NCBI GenBank assembly: GCA_046339595.1
Contig: JBKDUF010000011.1
Span: forward strand, 14,009 to 78,008
Origin: Betaproteobacteria bacterium
GTDB lineage: Bacteria > Pseudomonadota > Gammaproteobacteria > Burkholderiales > SG8-41
Length of the DNA stretch: 64,000 nucleotides
Direction of reading: 5' to 3'
Shown here: positions 27,928-36,697 of the stretch, in pieces
How positions within the stretch are numbered: the first letter of the stretch is position 1
Layout of the letters: every line of letters begins with the position of its first letter
Translations under genes and position numbers: made by a program
Notes under the pieces: model-generated
What the model saw: the letters and a program-made list of their open reading frames with translations, nothing else
Told to the model about the DNA's origin: nothing
Databases searched by the model: none

Positions 27928-27958
27928 CACGCTAAAAGTCTGAATTTTAGCGTGTTTT
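27928..27958 (+). terminator. Terminator-like hairpin with a T-run in plus orientation, between two minus-strand genes
   Basis: Perfect 10-bp stem cacgctaaaa (27928-27937) / ttttagcgtg (27945-27954), with a 7-nt loop and then TTTT. Confidence 0.35.
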
Positions 27959-27967
27959 CGCAGGCCG

Positions 27968-28738
27968 TCAGGCCACGTGCATGCGCTCCAGCGTCTGTGC
28001 AGGAACCTGCACCCGCGCAAACACCTGTCCGAGCAGGATCAGCGCGGGGCCGCCGCTGTGGGCGGCAGCGGTGGCGGCCAGGTCGGCCAGCCGCGTCGGC
28101 AGCACGCGCTCGCCCGGCAGGCTGGCGTTCTCGACGATCAGGGCAGGCAGGTCAGGGCTGGCGCCGCGGCCCATCAGCGTTCGCGCAATCATTTCAGCCT
28201 CGCCGACGCCCATGTACAGCACACAGGTGTCCGCAGCCAGCGCGCTGCGCGCCCAGTCATGGGCATCCTCGCCGCTTCCGGCACGGGGCGTGACGAAGGT
28301 GATGCTGCGGGACAGGCCGCGCCGGGTCAGCGAAGTGCGGACCAGTGCCGCCGCGCCGAGGGCCGCGGTGACGCCAGGGACCACCTCGCAGGACACGCCC
28401 GCGGCTTCCAGCGTATCAATTTCCTCCTGCGCACGGCCGAACAGCATCGGGTCGCCGCCCTTGAGCCGCACCACCACGCGATGGATGCGCGCGGCATCGA
28501 CCAGCCGCTTGTTGATGAAACGCTGGGCGGTCGAATGCCAGCCGCAGCGCTTGCCGACCGCAATCTTCTCCGCCCCGGCCGCCAGGGCCAGGGTCTCGGG
28601 GTGCACCAGCGCGTCATGGAACACGATATCCGCGCGCTTGAGCAGTTCTGCCGCGCGCAGCGTCAGCAGGTCCGGCGCACCCGGGCCCGCGCCCACCAGA
28701 TACACCGTGCCCCTGACGTTGGTCCCGCCAGCGCGCAT
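27968..28738 (-). CDS. cobA: Uroporphyrinogen-III C-methyltransferase (SUMT; siroheme branch)
   Basis: VYLVGAGPGAPDLLTLRAAELLKRADIVFHDALV...VVRLKGGDP. It contains only the methyltransferase domain (256 aa). Confidence 0.9.
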   Translation of the reverse strand: MRAGGTNVRGTVYLVGAGPGAPDLLTLRAAELLKRADIVFHDALVHPETLALAAGAEKIAVGKRCGWHSTAQRFINKRLVDAARIHRVVVRLKGGDPMLFGRAQEEIDTLEAAGVSCEVVPGVTAALGAAALVRTSLTRRGLSRSITFVTPRAGSGEDAHDWARSALAADTCVLYMGVGEAEMIARTLMGRGASPDLPALIVENASLPGERVLPTRLADLAATAAAHSGGPALILLGQVFARVQVPAQTLERMHVA

Positions 28739-29256
28739 CAGGCGGCCTCCAGGTTGCGGCGACGATACAGCGGCAGCGGCTGGTCTGCCGCGGCCTGATA
28801 GCTGTCGCTGAAATCGCGGAAAGCGGACAGCGCCGCTTCGGCTTCAATGCCGTCGTTGAGCTCAAACGCGTCAAAGCCGCAGCGCGCGAGGTAGTGCAGC
28901 TGGTCACGCTGCACGTCGCCGAAGGCACGCAGCTCGCCCTGCCAGCCGTGGCGCTCGCGCAGCAGGCGCGCGATCGAATAGCCGCGGCCGTCGGTGAACT
29001 GCGGAAAGCGCACTGCGATCAGTGCGATGCGCCCCAAGCTGTCCGCAAGCGCGGCCGGGTCCTCGTGACTGTCGAGCCAGACGCCGATGCGGCCGGTGCT
29101 TCGGTCCAGCAATTCGTCGGCGAGCCCGCGCCACAAGCCCAGCGGGATCAGCACGTCACCGGTCGCGGGAACAGTGGGCAGCCCACCGTCCGCGGTCCAG
29201 TCAAGCCGCAGCCAGCCGTCGGTCGCGATGTTCGCGTTTTTGATGAGCGTTGCCAT
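28738..29256 (-). CDS. DUF934 domain-containing protein (sulfite-reductase-associated)
   Basis: IAVRFPQFTDGRGYSIARLLRERHGWQGELRAFGDVQRDQLHYLARCGFDAFEL is the typical DUF934 core. The gene lies directly downstream of the sulfite reductase. Confidence 0.85.
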   Translation of the reverse strand: MATLIKNANIATDGWLRLDWTADGGLPTVPATGDVLIPLGLWRGLADELLDRSTGRIGVWLDSHEDPAALADSLGRIALIAVRFPQFTDGRGYSIARLLRERHGWQGELRAFGDVQRDQLHYLARCGFDAFELNDGIEAEAALSAFRDFSDSYQAAADQPLPLYRRRNLEAA

Positions 29257-30910
29257 ACACGGACTCCTTGAACGGTTCGATGCCGATACGCCGCACCACG
29301 TCGATGAAGCGTTCTTCCTCGCTGTCGCGTTGCGCGAGGTAGGTCTGGATCAGTTTTTCGATCACGTCCGGCACCTCGTCCTGCGCGAACGAAGGGCCGA
29401 TCACCTTGCCCAGCGAGGCGGCATTCCCCTGCGCGCCACCGATCGACACCTGGTAGAACTCGGCACCCTGCTTGTCGACGCCGAGGATGCCGATGTGGCC
29501 GACATGGTGGTGGCCGCAGGAATTCATGCAGCCCGAGATGTTGAGGTCGAGCTCGCCGATGTCATGCTGGTAGTCGAGATCATCGAAGCGGCGCTGGATC
29601 GCCTCGGCCACCGGAATCGACTTGGCATTGGCCAGCGAGCAGAAATCGCCCCCGGGGCAGGCAATGATGTTGCTGATCAGGCCGATGTTCGGCGTGGCGA
29701 GACCCAGGGCCTTCGCCTCCTGCCAAAGCGCGTAAAGATCACTCTGGCGCACATCCGACAGGATCAGGTTCTGTTCATGCGACACCCGCAGTTCGCCAAA
29801 GCTGTAGCGGCCGGCGAGGTCGGCCACCGCATCCATCTGCTCGGCAGTGGCGTCCCCCGGCGGCACGCCGGTCTTTTTCAGCGACAGCGTGACCGCGGCA
29901 TAACCCGGCTGTTTGTGCGCATGCACGTTGCGGCCGGCCCAGCGTGCAAAACCCGGCTCGCGTGCCAGCGCCTGCGTGTACTGCACCGACAATGCATCGA
30001 GCTTCTGGTACTGCGGACGGGTGAAGCGGCGCTCGATGCGCGCGATTTCCGCAGCGGTCAGCGTGATCGGGCCGTCCTTGAGCTGCGCCCACTCGGCCTC
30101 GACCTGCTCGCGGAACACGGCCGGCGTGGTCTCCTTGACCAGGATCTTGATGCGCGCCTTGTATTTGTTATCGCGGCGGCCGTGGCGGTTGTACACGCGC
30201 AGGATCGCCTCAAGGTAGGACAGCAGGTGCTGCCAGGGCAGGAATTCGCGGATCACCGTGCCGATGATCGGCGTGCGTCCGAGACCGCCGCCAACGAGCA
30301 CGCGGAAACCGGTTTCGCCATCGGCACCGCGCACCGCCTGCAGACCGATGTCATGGACCTGGATCGCCGCGCGGTCGTGTTCGGCACCGGACACCGCAAT
30401 CTTGAACTTGCGCGGCAGGTAGGCAAATTCCGGATGGAACGTCGACCACTGGCGGATCAGCTCGCACCACACCAGCGGATCAACGATCTCGTCCGGCGCG
30501 ACACCGGCGAGGTGGTCGGTGGTGGTGTTGCGGATGCAGTTGCCGCTGGTCTGGATGGCATGCATCTGCACCGTGGCGAGGTGCGCCAGGATGTCCGGCA
30601 CATCCTCCAGCTTCGGCCAATTGAACTGGATGTTCTGGCGGGTGCTGAAATGGCCGGAGCCGCGATCCCATTTGCGGGCGATGTAAGCAAGCGCTCGCAG
30701 CTGCTTGGAGGACAGCAGGCCATACGGGATGGCCACCCGAAGCATCGGTGCAAATCGTTGAATGTAAAGACCGTTTTGCAGCCGGAGTGGGCGGAAATTG
30801 TCTTCGGACAAGGCCCCGGCAAGAAAACGCCGGGTCTGGTCGCGGAACTGCGCCACCCGTTCATCCACCAGTTGCTGATCGATTGCGTCGTATTGATACA
30901 TGCGCGGCAC
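29201..30910 (-). CDS. Nitrite/sulfite reductase hemoprotein (CysI-like assimilatory sulfite reductase)
   Basis: 569 aa. The siroheme/4Fe-4S cysteine cluster region is IIACPGGDFCSLANAK...ISGCMNSCGHHHVGHIGI. Confidence 0.9.
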   Translation of the reverse strand: MPRMYQYDAIDQQLVDERVAQFRDQTRRFLAGALSEDNFRPLRLQNGLYIQRFAPMLRVAIPYGLLSSKQLRALAYIARKWDRGSGHFSTRQNIQFNWPKLEDVPDILAHLATVQMHAIQTSGNCIRNTTTDHLAGVAPDEIVDPLVWCELIRQWSTFHPEFAYLPRKFKIAVSGAEHDRAAIQVHDIGLQAVRGADGETGFRVLVGGGLGRTPIIGTVIREFLPWQHLLSYLEAILRVYNRHGRRDNKYKARIKILVKETTPAVFREQVEAEWAQLKDGPITLTAAEIARIERRFTRPQYQKLDALSVQYTQALAREPGFARWAGRNVHAHKQPGYAAVTLSLKKTGVPPGDATAEQMDAVADLAGRYSFGELRVSHEQNLILSDVRQSDLYALWQEAKALGLATPNIGLISNIIACPGGDFCSLANAKSIPVAEAIQRRFDDLDYQHDIGELDLNISGCMNSCGHHHVGHIGILGVDKQGAEFYQVSIGGAQGNAASLGKVIGPSFAQDEVPDVIEKLIQTYLAQRDSEEERFIDVVRRIGIEPFKESVYGNAHQKREHRDRRLAAA

Positions 30911-31022
30911 CCGTGATCTGACACCGCCGATGCTAGAAACTCCCCTTATATATCGTCCAAGAATATGTTATTACTTGTTAATATCCTTAGATTATATAAA
31001 GCCTTAGACTTGGATTAAGTCA
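30911..31022. promoter_or_regulatory. AT-rich divergent control region between the sulfite reductase operon and cysB
   Basis: A 112-bp stretch that is strikingly AT-rich in a GC-rich genome (ttatatatcgtccaagaatatgttattacttgttaatatccttagattatataaag). The geometry is that of a LysR-type divergent promoter. Confidence 0.5.
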
Positions 31023-32000
31023 TTGAATTTACAGCAATTAAAATATCTGCGCGAAATCGCCCGCAACGGCCTCAAAGTGTCCGACGCGGCGGAAGCCCTG
31101 TTCACCTCCCAGCCCGGTATCAGCAAGCAGATCAAACTGCTGGAGGAAGAACTCGGGGTGACCATTCTGGTGCGCAACGGCAAGCGCATCACCGCCCTCA
31201 CGGAGCCGGGCCGGATCGTGCTCGACATTGCCGAGCGCATCCTGCGCGACACCGAAAACCTGCGCTCGGTGGGCGAAGAATTCCGTGCCGGCGGCCGCGG
31301 CACGCTGGTCATCGCCACCACCCATACCCAGGCGCGTTACGCGTTGCCGCCGGTGGTGTCGCGCTTCACCCAGCGCTATCCGCAGGTGCGGCTGACGCTG
31401 CGCGAGGGCAGCCCGGCGCAGATCGCGGACATGTTGCGCGAAGGCAAGGCGGAAGTCGGCATCGCCACCGAATCCGACGAAAGCTTCGCCGACCTGGTGA
31501 TGCTGCCCTGCGCACAATGGAAGCGCAGCGTGATCACGCCGCTGCGCCATCCGCTGCTCAGCGCAGGTCCGCTGACACTGCAGAAGATCGCGCAATACCC
31601 GCTGATCACCTACGACTTCGCTTTCACCCCCAACTCGCCGATCCAGCGCGCTTTCGATGCCGCGGGCATCCGGCCCAACATCGTGCTCACCGCGATCGCC
31701 GCCGACGTGATCAAGGCCTACGTCGAGCAGGGCATGGGCATCGGCATCCTGGCCAAGATGGCCTTTGATCCGGCGCGCGACTTCGGCGTGCGCCTGATCA
31801 ACGCCGACCACCTGTTCGAGGCGAGTACCACGCGCATCGCACTGCGGCCCAACGCCTGGCTGCGCGGCTATGTCTACGACTTCATCGAACTGTTCGCACC
31901 GTCGCTGAAGCGGCCAGCCGTGGATGCAGCGCTGAAAACCGCAGCCGCGCAAGGCGCGGCAGCAAGCGCCGGCCTTGAGAGTGCGGAGCCCGGCGTGTAG
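31023..32000 (+). CDS. cysB: CysB/Cbl-family LysR-type transcriptional regulator
   Basis: (TTG start) MNLQQLKYLREIARNGLKVSDAAEALFTSQPGISKQIKLLEEELGV closely follows the CysB N-terminal HTH. It is divergent from the sulfite reductase genes. Confidence 0.85.
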   Translation: MNLQQLKYLREIARNGLKVSDAAEALFTSQPGISKQIKLLEEELGVTILVRNGKRITALTEPGRIVLDIAERILRDTENLRSVGEEFRAGGRGTLVIATTHTQARYALPPVVSRFTQRYPQVRLTLREGSPAQIADMLREGKAEVGIATESDESFADLVMLPCAQWKRSVITPLRHPLLSAGPLTLQKIAQYPLITYDFAFTPNSPIQRAFDAAGIRPNIVLTAIAADVIKAYVEQGMGIGILAKMAFDPARDFGVRLINADHLFEASTTRIALRPNAWLRGYVYDFIELFAPSLKRPAVDAALKTAAAQGAAASAGLESAEPGV

Positions 32001-32031
32001 ATTGGCGCATCCCCCCCGACCGGAGCCCGTG

Positions 32032-33003
32032 ATGCCCGCCCTGCACCGTCTCGCCATCCTGCTCTTCGCCGCACTGCCCGCGACAGCGGTCGCCCAGAAA
32101 GACGACTTTCCGGCACGCGCAGTGCGCATGATCGTGCCCTTCCCGGTGGCCGGCGCCACCGACATCCTCGCCCGCGTCGTTGCCCAGAAAACCGGCGAAC
32201 AGCTCGGCCAGCAGGTGGTGGTGGACAACCGTCCCGGTGCCGGCGGCACGCTGGGCTCGCGCGTGGCGGTCACTGCGACCCCCGACGGCTACACGCTGCT
32301 GATGGGCACCACCAGCACCCATGCCATCGGCCCGCACCTGTATTCGAAGAAACCCTATGACCCGCTGACCGATTTCACCCACATCACCCAGGTTGCGACC
32401 TCGCCCAACGTGCTGCTGGTCGCCGCACAGGTGCCGGCCCAGTCGATCAAGGAACTGGTGGCCCTGGCGAAGGCGCAACCGGGCAAGCTCAACTACGGCT
32501 CCTCGGGCACCGGCACCCAGTTCCATCTCTCAGGCGAACTGCTGAAGCTGCTTGCCGGCATCAACATCGTGCATGTCCCCTACAAGGGCACGGCCCTCGT
32601 TTACCCCGAGATGATCAGCGGCACCATCCAGATCCTGTTTGACGTGCCGCCGGTGGCCCTGCCTTTCATCAAGCAGGGCCGCGTGCGCGCCCTCGGTGTC
32701 TCCGGCAGGAAACGCGCCGCGGTGCTGCCCGATGTGCCCACCATCATCGAAGCCGGCATCGCCGGTTACGACGCCGACCTCTGGTTCGGCCTGTTCGCGC
32801 CACCGAAAGCGCGCCCGGACCGCATCAAGCGCGTGCATGCCGAAGTGGTGAAGGCCCTCGCTTCCGGCGAAGTGCGCGAGCGCTTTGCCGCGCTCGGCGC
32901 CGACGGCATCGGCAACAGCCCGGCGGCCTTCAGCGAGTTCCTTGCCGCCGAGAATGCCAAATGGCAGAAGGTGGTCGTAGCCTCGGGCGCACGCATCGAC
33001 TGA
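32032..33003 (+). CDS. Bug/TctC-family substrate-binding protein
   Basis: MPALHRLAILLFAALPATAVAQKDDFPARAVRMIVPFPVAGATD...VVDNRPGAGG...NYGSSGTGTQFHL. Confidence 0.9.
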   Translation: MPALHRLAILLFAALPATAVAQKDDFPARAVRMIVPFPVAGATDILARVVAQKTGEQLGQQVVVDNRPGAGGTLGSRVAVTATPDGYTLLMGTTSTHAIGPHLYSKKPYDPLTDFTHITQVATSPNVLLVAAQVPAQSIKELVALAKAQPGKLNYGSSGTGTQFHLSGELLKLLAGINIVHVPYKGTALVYPEMISGTIQILFDVPPVALPFIKQGRVRALGVSGRKRAAVLPDVPTIIEAGIAGYDADLWFGLFAPPKARPDRIKRVHAEVVKALASGEVRERFAALGADGIGNSPAAFSEFLAAENAKWQKVVVASGARID

Positions 33004-33055
33004 ACCGAATCTGCGCCGCGGCCTTTGCAATTCGCGGGCTGCTGCGGTAGCGTGT

Positions 33056-33092
33056 AAATGCCTCGCCGGCGGATGCCGCGGGGCATTTGTTC
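33056..33092 (+). terminator. Probable rho-independent terminator after the Bug gene
   Basis: aaatgcctcgc...gcggggcattt forms an imperfect stem of about 11 bp (one G-U pair), followed by the T-rich gttcattt. Confidence 0.4.
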
Positions 33093-33237
33093 ATTTCCGG
33101 GTCAAACACCATGATCGACTTGAGCCCCTCCCGCACCCGCCGGGTGGTGATCGGCTACGGCGCCCAGCTCCATGCGAGCCAGGCCGGCTGTTCCGAACCC
33201 GCCACCGACCCATTCATTGATTGCTGAAAGGAACGCC

Positions 33238-34140
33238 ATGAACACCGCACCGTCGTCTTCGCATACCCTGCTCACCCGCGCCCTGCGCACCCTCGCGATG
33301 GCCCTGGGCCTCGCCGCACTCACCGCCGCACCCGTCCTGGCACAACAGGCACAGCAGGTGCTGAGGGTCACCACCATCCCCGAGGAAGCCGCCACCGAAC
33401 AGATCCGCAAGTTCGGCCCGATCACGCGCTACCTTGAACGCACCCTCGGCATGAAAGTCGAGTTCACCCCGGTCAACGACTACCCGGCCGCGGTCGAGGC
33501 GCTGGTCAACCGGCAGGTGGATCTCGTCTGGTTCGGCGGCTTCACCCACGTCCAGGCGCAGCTGCGCTCCGGCGGCAAGGTGATCCCGATCGCGCAGCGC
33601 GAAGAAGACAGCCAGTTCCGCTCGGTGTTCATCGCCCAGACCGACTCCGGCATCAAGACCCTGCAGGACCTGCGCGGCAAGCAGGTCAGCTTCGGCTCGC
33701 AGTCGAGCACTTCGGGCCATCTGATGCCGCGCAGCTTCCTGCTCGAAGCCAAGATCGATCCCGAAAAGGACTTCAAGCGCATCGCCTACTCCGGCGCGCA
33801 CGACGCCACGATCGCCTCGGTGGTCGGCGGCCGCGTTGATGCGGCGGCACTGGACATCACCGTCTGGCGCAGGTTCGTCGAAGACAAGAAGGTGGACACC
33901 AGCAAGGTCAACGTGTTCTTCACCACGCCGCCGTTCTTCAACTACAACTGGTCGGTGCACGCCGACATGCCGGCCGCCCTGCGTGAACGCATCACCAAGG
34001 CCCTGCTCGCACTGTCGATGAACGATCCCGAAGGCAAGGAAATCCTGACGCTGAACCGCGCCACCAAATACATCCCGACCCGTGCCGAGAACTACAAGGG
34101 CCTCGAAACCGCAGGCCGCAGCGCCGGCCTGATCAAGTAA
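33238..34140 (+). CDS. PhnD-family (phosphonate/phosphite-type) ABC transporter periplasmic substrate-binding protein
   Basis: Signal peptide, then LRVTTIPEEA...VDLVWFGGFTHVQA...FGSQSSTSGHLMPR, which are typical PhnD family features. An AAAGGAA RBS is present. Confidence 0.8.
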   Translation: MNTAPSSSHTLLTRALRTLAMALGLAALTAAPVLAQQAQQVLRVTTIPEEAATEQIRKFGPITRYLERTLGMKVEFTPVNDYPAAVEALVNRQVDLVWFGGFTHVQAQLRSGGKVIPIAQREEDSQFRSVFIAQTDSGIKTLQDLRGKQVSFGSQSSTSGHLMPRSFLLEAKIDPEKDFKRIAYSGAHDATIASVVGGRVDAAALDITVWRRFVEDKKVDTSKVNVFFTTPPFFNYNWSVHADMPAALRERITKALLALSMNDPEGKEILTLNRATKYIPTRAENYKGLETAGRSAGLIK

Positions 34141-34150
34141 GCCGCGCGCC

Positions 34151-34981
34151 ATGCACATCAGCCTGCGCGGGCTGGCAGCCCGCCATCCCGCGGCCGCGCC
34201 GGACAGCGTGCCCGCGCTGCAACCGGTCTCGCTCGACATTACGGCCAGCGAGCAGGTTGCGGTGATCGGCCCCTCCGGCGCCGGCAAGACCACCCTGCTG
34301 CACGCACTCGCCTGCGCCCTCAGACCGGCGGCTGGCGGTTTGACGCTGGACGGCGTGGATCCATGGACGCTGCCGGTGTCGAAGCTGCAGCAGTTGCGGG
34401 GACGGCTGTTTCTGGCGCCACAGACGCCGCCGCTGCCGCCACGGCAGCGGGTCATCTCCGCGGTGCTGGCCGGCCGGCTGCCGCGGCAATCGCTGCTGGC
34501 CAGCCTGCGTTCACTGATCTATCCCACCGGCATCGCGCAGGCCGAATCCGCGCTCACCCGCTTCGACCTCGCGCACAAGTTGTGGGACCGCGTTGACCGC
34601 CTCTCCGGCGGTGAACGCCAGCGTGTGGGCCTCGCACGGGCGCTGCTGTCCTCGGCTTCGCTGTGGCTGGTGGATGAGCCGCTGTCCTCGCTGGATCCCT
34701 CGCGCGCGAAGCTGGCGATCGAGACCCTGACCGCCGCCGCGCGGGAAGCCGGCGCCACGCTGGTATGCACGCTGCACCAGGTCGATGTCGCAACTCGCTT
34801 CCCGCGCGTGCTCGGCCTGCGCGACGGGCGGCTGCACTTCGACCTGCCTGGCGCCGAAGTCAGCGCCGAACGCCTGCGCGAGCTCTATGCCCAGCATGAA
34901 CACGAACTGCTGGGCGGACCTGCCGCCGCGGGCGACACCCCGCCACCGCCGCCACAGGCGCCGGTGATGTACTGCCGCTGA
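34151..34981 (+). CDS. PhnC-type ABC transporter ATP-binding protein
   Basis: Walker A GPSGAGKTT, signature LSGGERQRV, Walker B LWLVDEPLSSLD. Confidence 0.9.
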   Translation: MHISLRGLAARHPAAAPDSVPALQPVSLDITASEQVAVIGPSGAGKTTLLHALACALRPAAGGLTLDGVDPWTLPVSKLQQLRGRLFLAPQTPPLPPRQRVISAVLAGRLPRQSLLASLRSLIYPTGIAQAESALTRFDLAHKLWDRVDRLSGGERQRVGLARALLSSASLWLVDEPLSSLDPSRAKLAIETLTAAAREAGATLVCTLHQVDVATRFPRVLGLRDGRLHFDLPGAEVSAERLRELYAQHEHELLGGPAAAGDTPPPPPQAPVMYCR

Positions 34982-34997
34982 GAAGCCGCCAGCCATC

Positions 34998-35846
34998 ATG
35001 CAAGAACCGGCGGCCGCACCGGCACTGCCTTCCCCCCGACACCGCGACCCGGCTTGGACAGGACGCGTGTTCTGGCTGCTGGCCGCCGCCGTGCTGGTCG
35101 CACCGGCGCTGGTCGCCACCGAATTCAAGCCTTGGCTGCTGTTCGAGCCGGATGCCCTTAAGGCCACCCGGCGCTTCATCGCCGATTTCCTGCCGCCGAA
35201 AATCGAAGGCGAGTTCCTCTGGCTGGTGCTGGTCGAGTGCTGGCGCACTGTGGCCATCGCCACCGCCGGCATGGCGCTGGCCCTGGTGATCGCGATTCCG
35301 CTGACACTCATTTCAACCAACGCGATCTCGATCTCCGCGCTGGGTGGACGCATGCACACGCTGCCTCTGTTCGTGAGGCAGGCAACACGCTGGCTGCTGA
35401 TCGTGCTGAGGAGCATCCCGGAACTGGTGTGGGCGCTGGTGTTCGTGCGCGTGGTCGGCCTCGGCCCCACCGCCGGCGTGCTCGCCATTGCGCTCACCTA
35501 CGGCGGCATGCTGGGCAAGGTATACGGCGAGATCCTCGAGAGCGATGAAACCCACACCACCCGCACGCTTCTGCGCAACGGCGCGGGCCGCCTGCAGGCC
35601 TTTTTCTACGGGCTGCTGCCGCACAGCGCGCCCGAACTCACCAGCTACACGGTGTACCGCTGGGAATGCGCGATCCGCTCCTCCGCGGTGCTCGGATTCG
35701 TCGGCGCCGGCGGTCTCGGCCAGCAGATGGACAACTCGATGAAGATGTTCCAGGGCTCGGAAGTGGCAACCATGCTGATCGTGTTCATGCTGCTCGTCGC
35801 GCTTGCCGACCAGGTCAGCGCATGGCTGCGGAAGAATCTCGCATGA
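34998..35846 (+). CDS. PhnE-type ABC transporter permease
   Basis: Polytopic protein. The conserved PhnE C-terminal block is YRWECAIRSSAVLGFVGAGGLGQ. Confidence 0.85.
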   Translation: MQEPAAAPALPSPRHRDPAWTGRVFWLLAAAVLVAPALVATEFKPWLLFEPDALKATRRFIADFLPPKIEGEFLWLVLVECWRTVAIATAGMALALVIAIPLTLISTNAISISALGGRMHTLPLFVRQATRWLLIVLRSIPELVWALVFVRVVGLGPTAGVLAIALTYGGMLGKVYGEILESDETHTTRTLLRNGAGRLQAFFYGLLPHSAPELTSYTVYRWECAIRSSAVLGFVGAGGLGQQMDNSMKMFQGSEVATMLIVFMLLVALADQVSAWLRKNLA

Positions 35847-36685
35847 ATGCCCCGCGCCAGGATTCAGCCAAGGCCGCCAATGAAGCCTGGCGGATGCCGC
35901 CGCGGCTGTTCAGCGCGCGCTGCACGATGTGCTGGTTCCTGTTCGGCCTCGTCGCGCTGACCGCGGCGAGTTTCTGGACACTCGACCTGCAGTGGGCAAG
36001 GTTCCTCTCCGCCGACGCCCTGCGCAAGATGGGCCGCTTCCTCGGCGAGCTGATGTCGCCATCCACCGACCCTGCCTTCCTGCTCAAGCTCGCGCGCGCG
36101 AGCTTCGAGACGCTGGCGATGTCGGCGCTGGGCCCGCTGCTCGCGGCCAGCGCCGGTCTCGCGCTGGCGCTGCCCGCGAGCCGCACCCATGCCGCGGACC
36201 CTGCCTGGTGGCGCGCGCCGACCCGGCTCGCGCTCAACGCGCTGCGCTCGATCCCGGAACTGGTCTGGGCTGCGCTGCTGATCATTGCCGCCGGCCTCGG
36301 CCCCTTTGCCGGCACGCTGGCACTGGCCCTGCACACCACCGGCGTACTCGGCCGGCTGTTTGCCGAAGCGGTCGAAAATGCGCCGCCGGGGCCGGCCTTC
36401 GCGCTGCGCACCCGGGTCGTCGGCGAACTGGGCGTGTTCTGCTACGCCACGCTGCCGCAGATCCTGCCGCAGCTGCTCTCCTACACCCTGTATCGCTGGG
36501 AGAACAACATACGCGCTGCTGCGGTGCTCGGCGTGGTGGGCGGCGGCGGGCTCGGCCAGATGCTGGCCTTCCACATGGGGCTGTTCCACATGAACGAGAC
36601 CAGCACTGTGCTCATCGCGATGCTGCTGCTGGTCGCGCTGGTGGATGCGCTGTCGTATGTCGCGCGCTGGATCATGCAGCGCTGA
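35843..36685 (+). CDS. PhnE-type ABC transporter permease (second copy)
   Basis: ATGA start/stop overlap with the preceding permease. Conserved block [23 protein letters not shown]. Confidence 0.85.
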   Translation: MNAPRQDSAKAANEAWRMPPRLFSARCTMCWFLFGLVALTAASFWTLDLQWARFLSADALRKMGRFLGELMSPSTDPAFLLKLARASFETLAMSALGPLLAASAGLALALPASRTHAADPAWWRAPTRLALNALRSIPELVWAALLIIAAGLGPFAGTLALALHTTGVLGRLFAEAVENAPPGPAFALRTRVVGELGVFCYATLPQILPQLLSYTLYRWENNIRAAAVLGVVGGGGLGQMLAFHMGLFHMNETSTVLIAMLLLVALVDALSYVARWIMQR

Positions 36686-36697
36686 GCGGTGCCGCGC

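Noticed and set aside
25139-27943. 934-aa plus-strand ORF
   Set aside because: It is antisense to ileS and ribF, whose translations carry canonical motifs. Its own translation is Arg/Ala/Gly-rich, low-complexity sequence. This is a typical high-GC shadow ORF.
29087-30916. 609-aa plus-strand ORF
   Set aside because: It is a shadow ORF opposite the CysI-like sulfite reductase.
33110-33229. 39-codon ORF (MIDLSPSRTRRVVIGYGAQLHASQAGCSEPATDPFIDC) upstream of the PhnD gene
   Set aside because: It has no RBS, no recognisable similarity and GC-rich composition. It is most likely chance.
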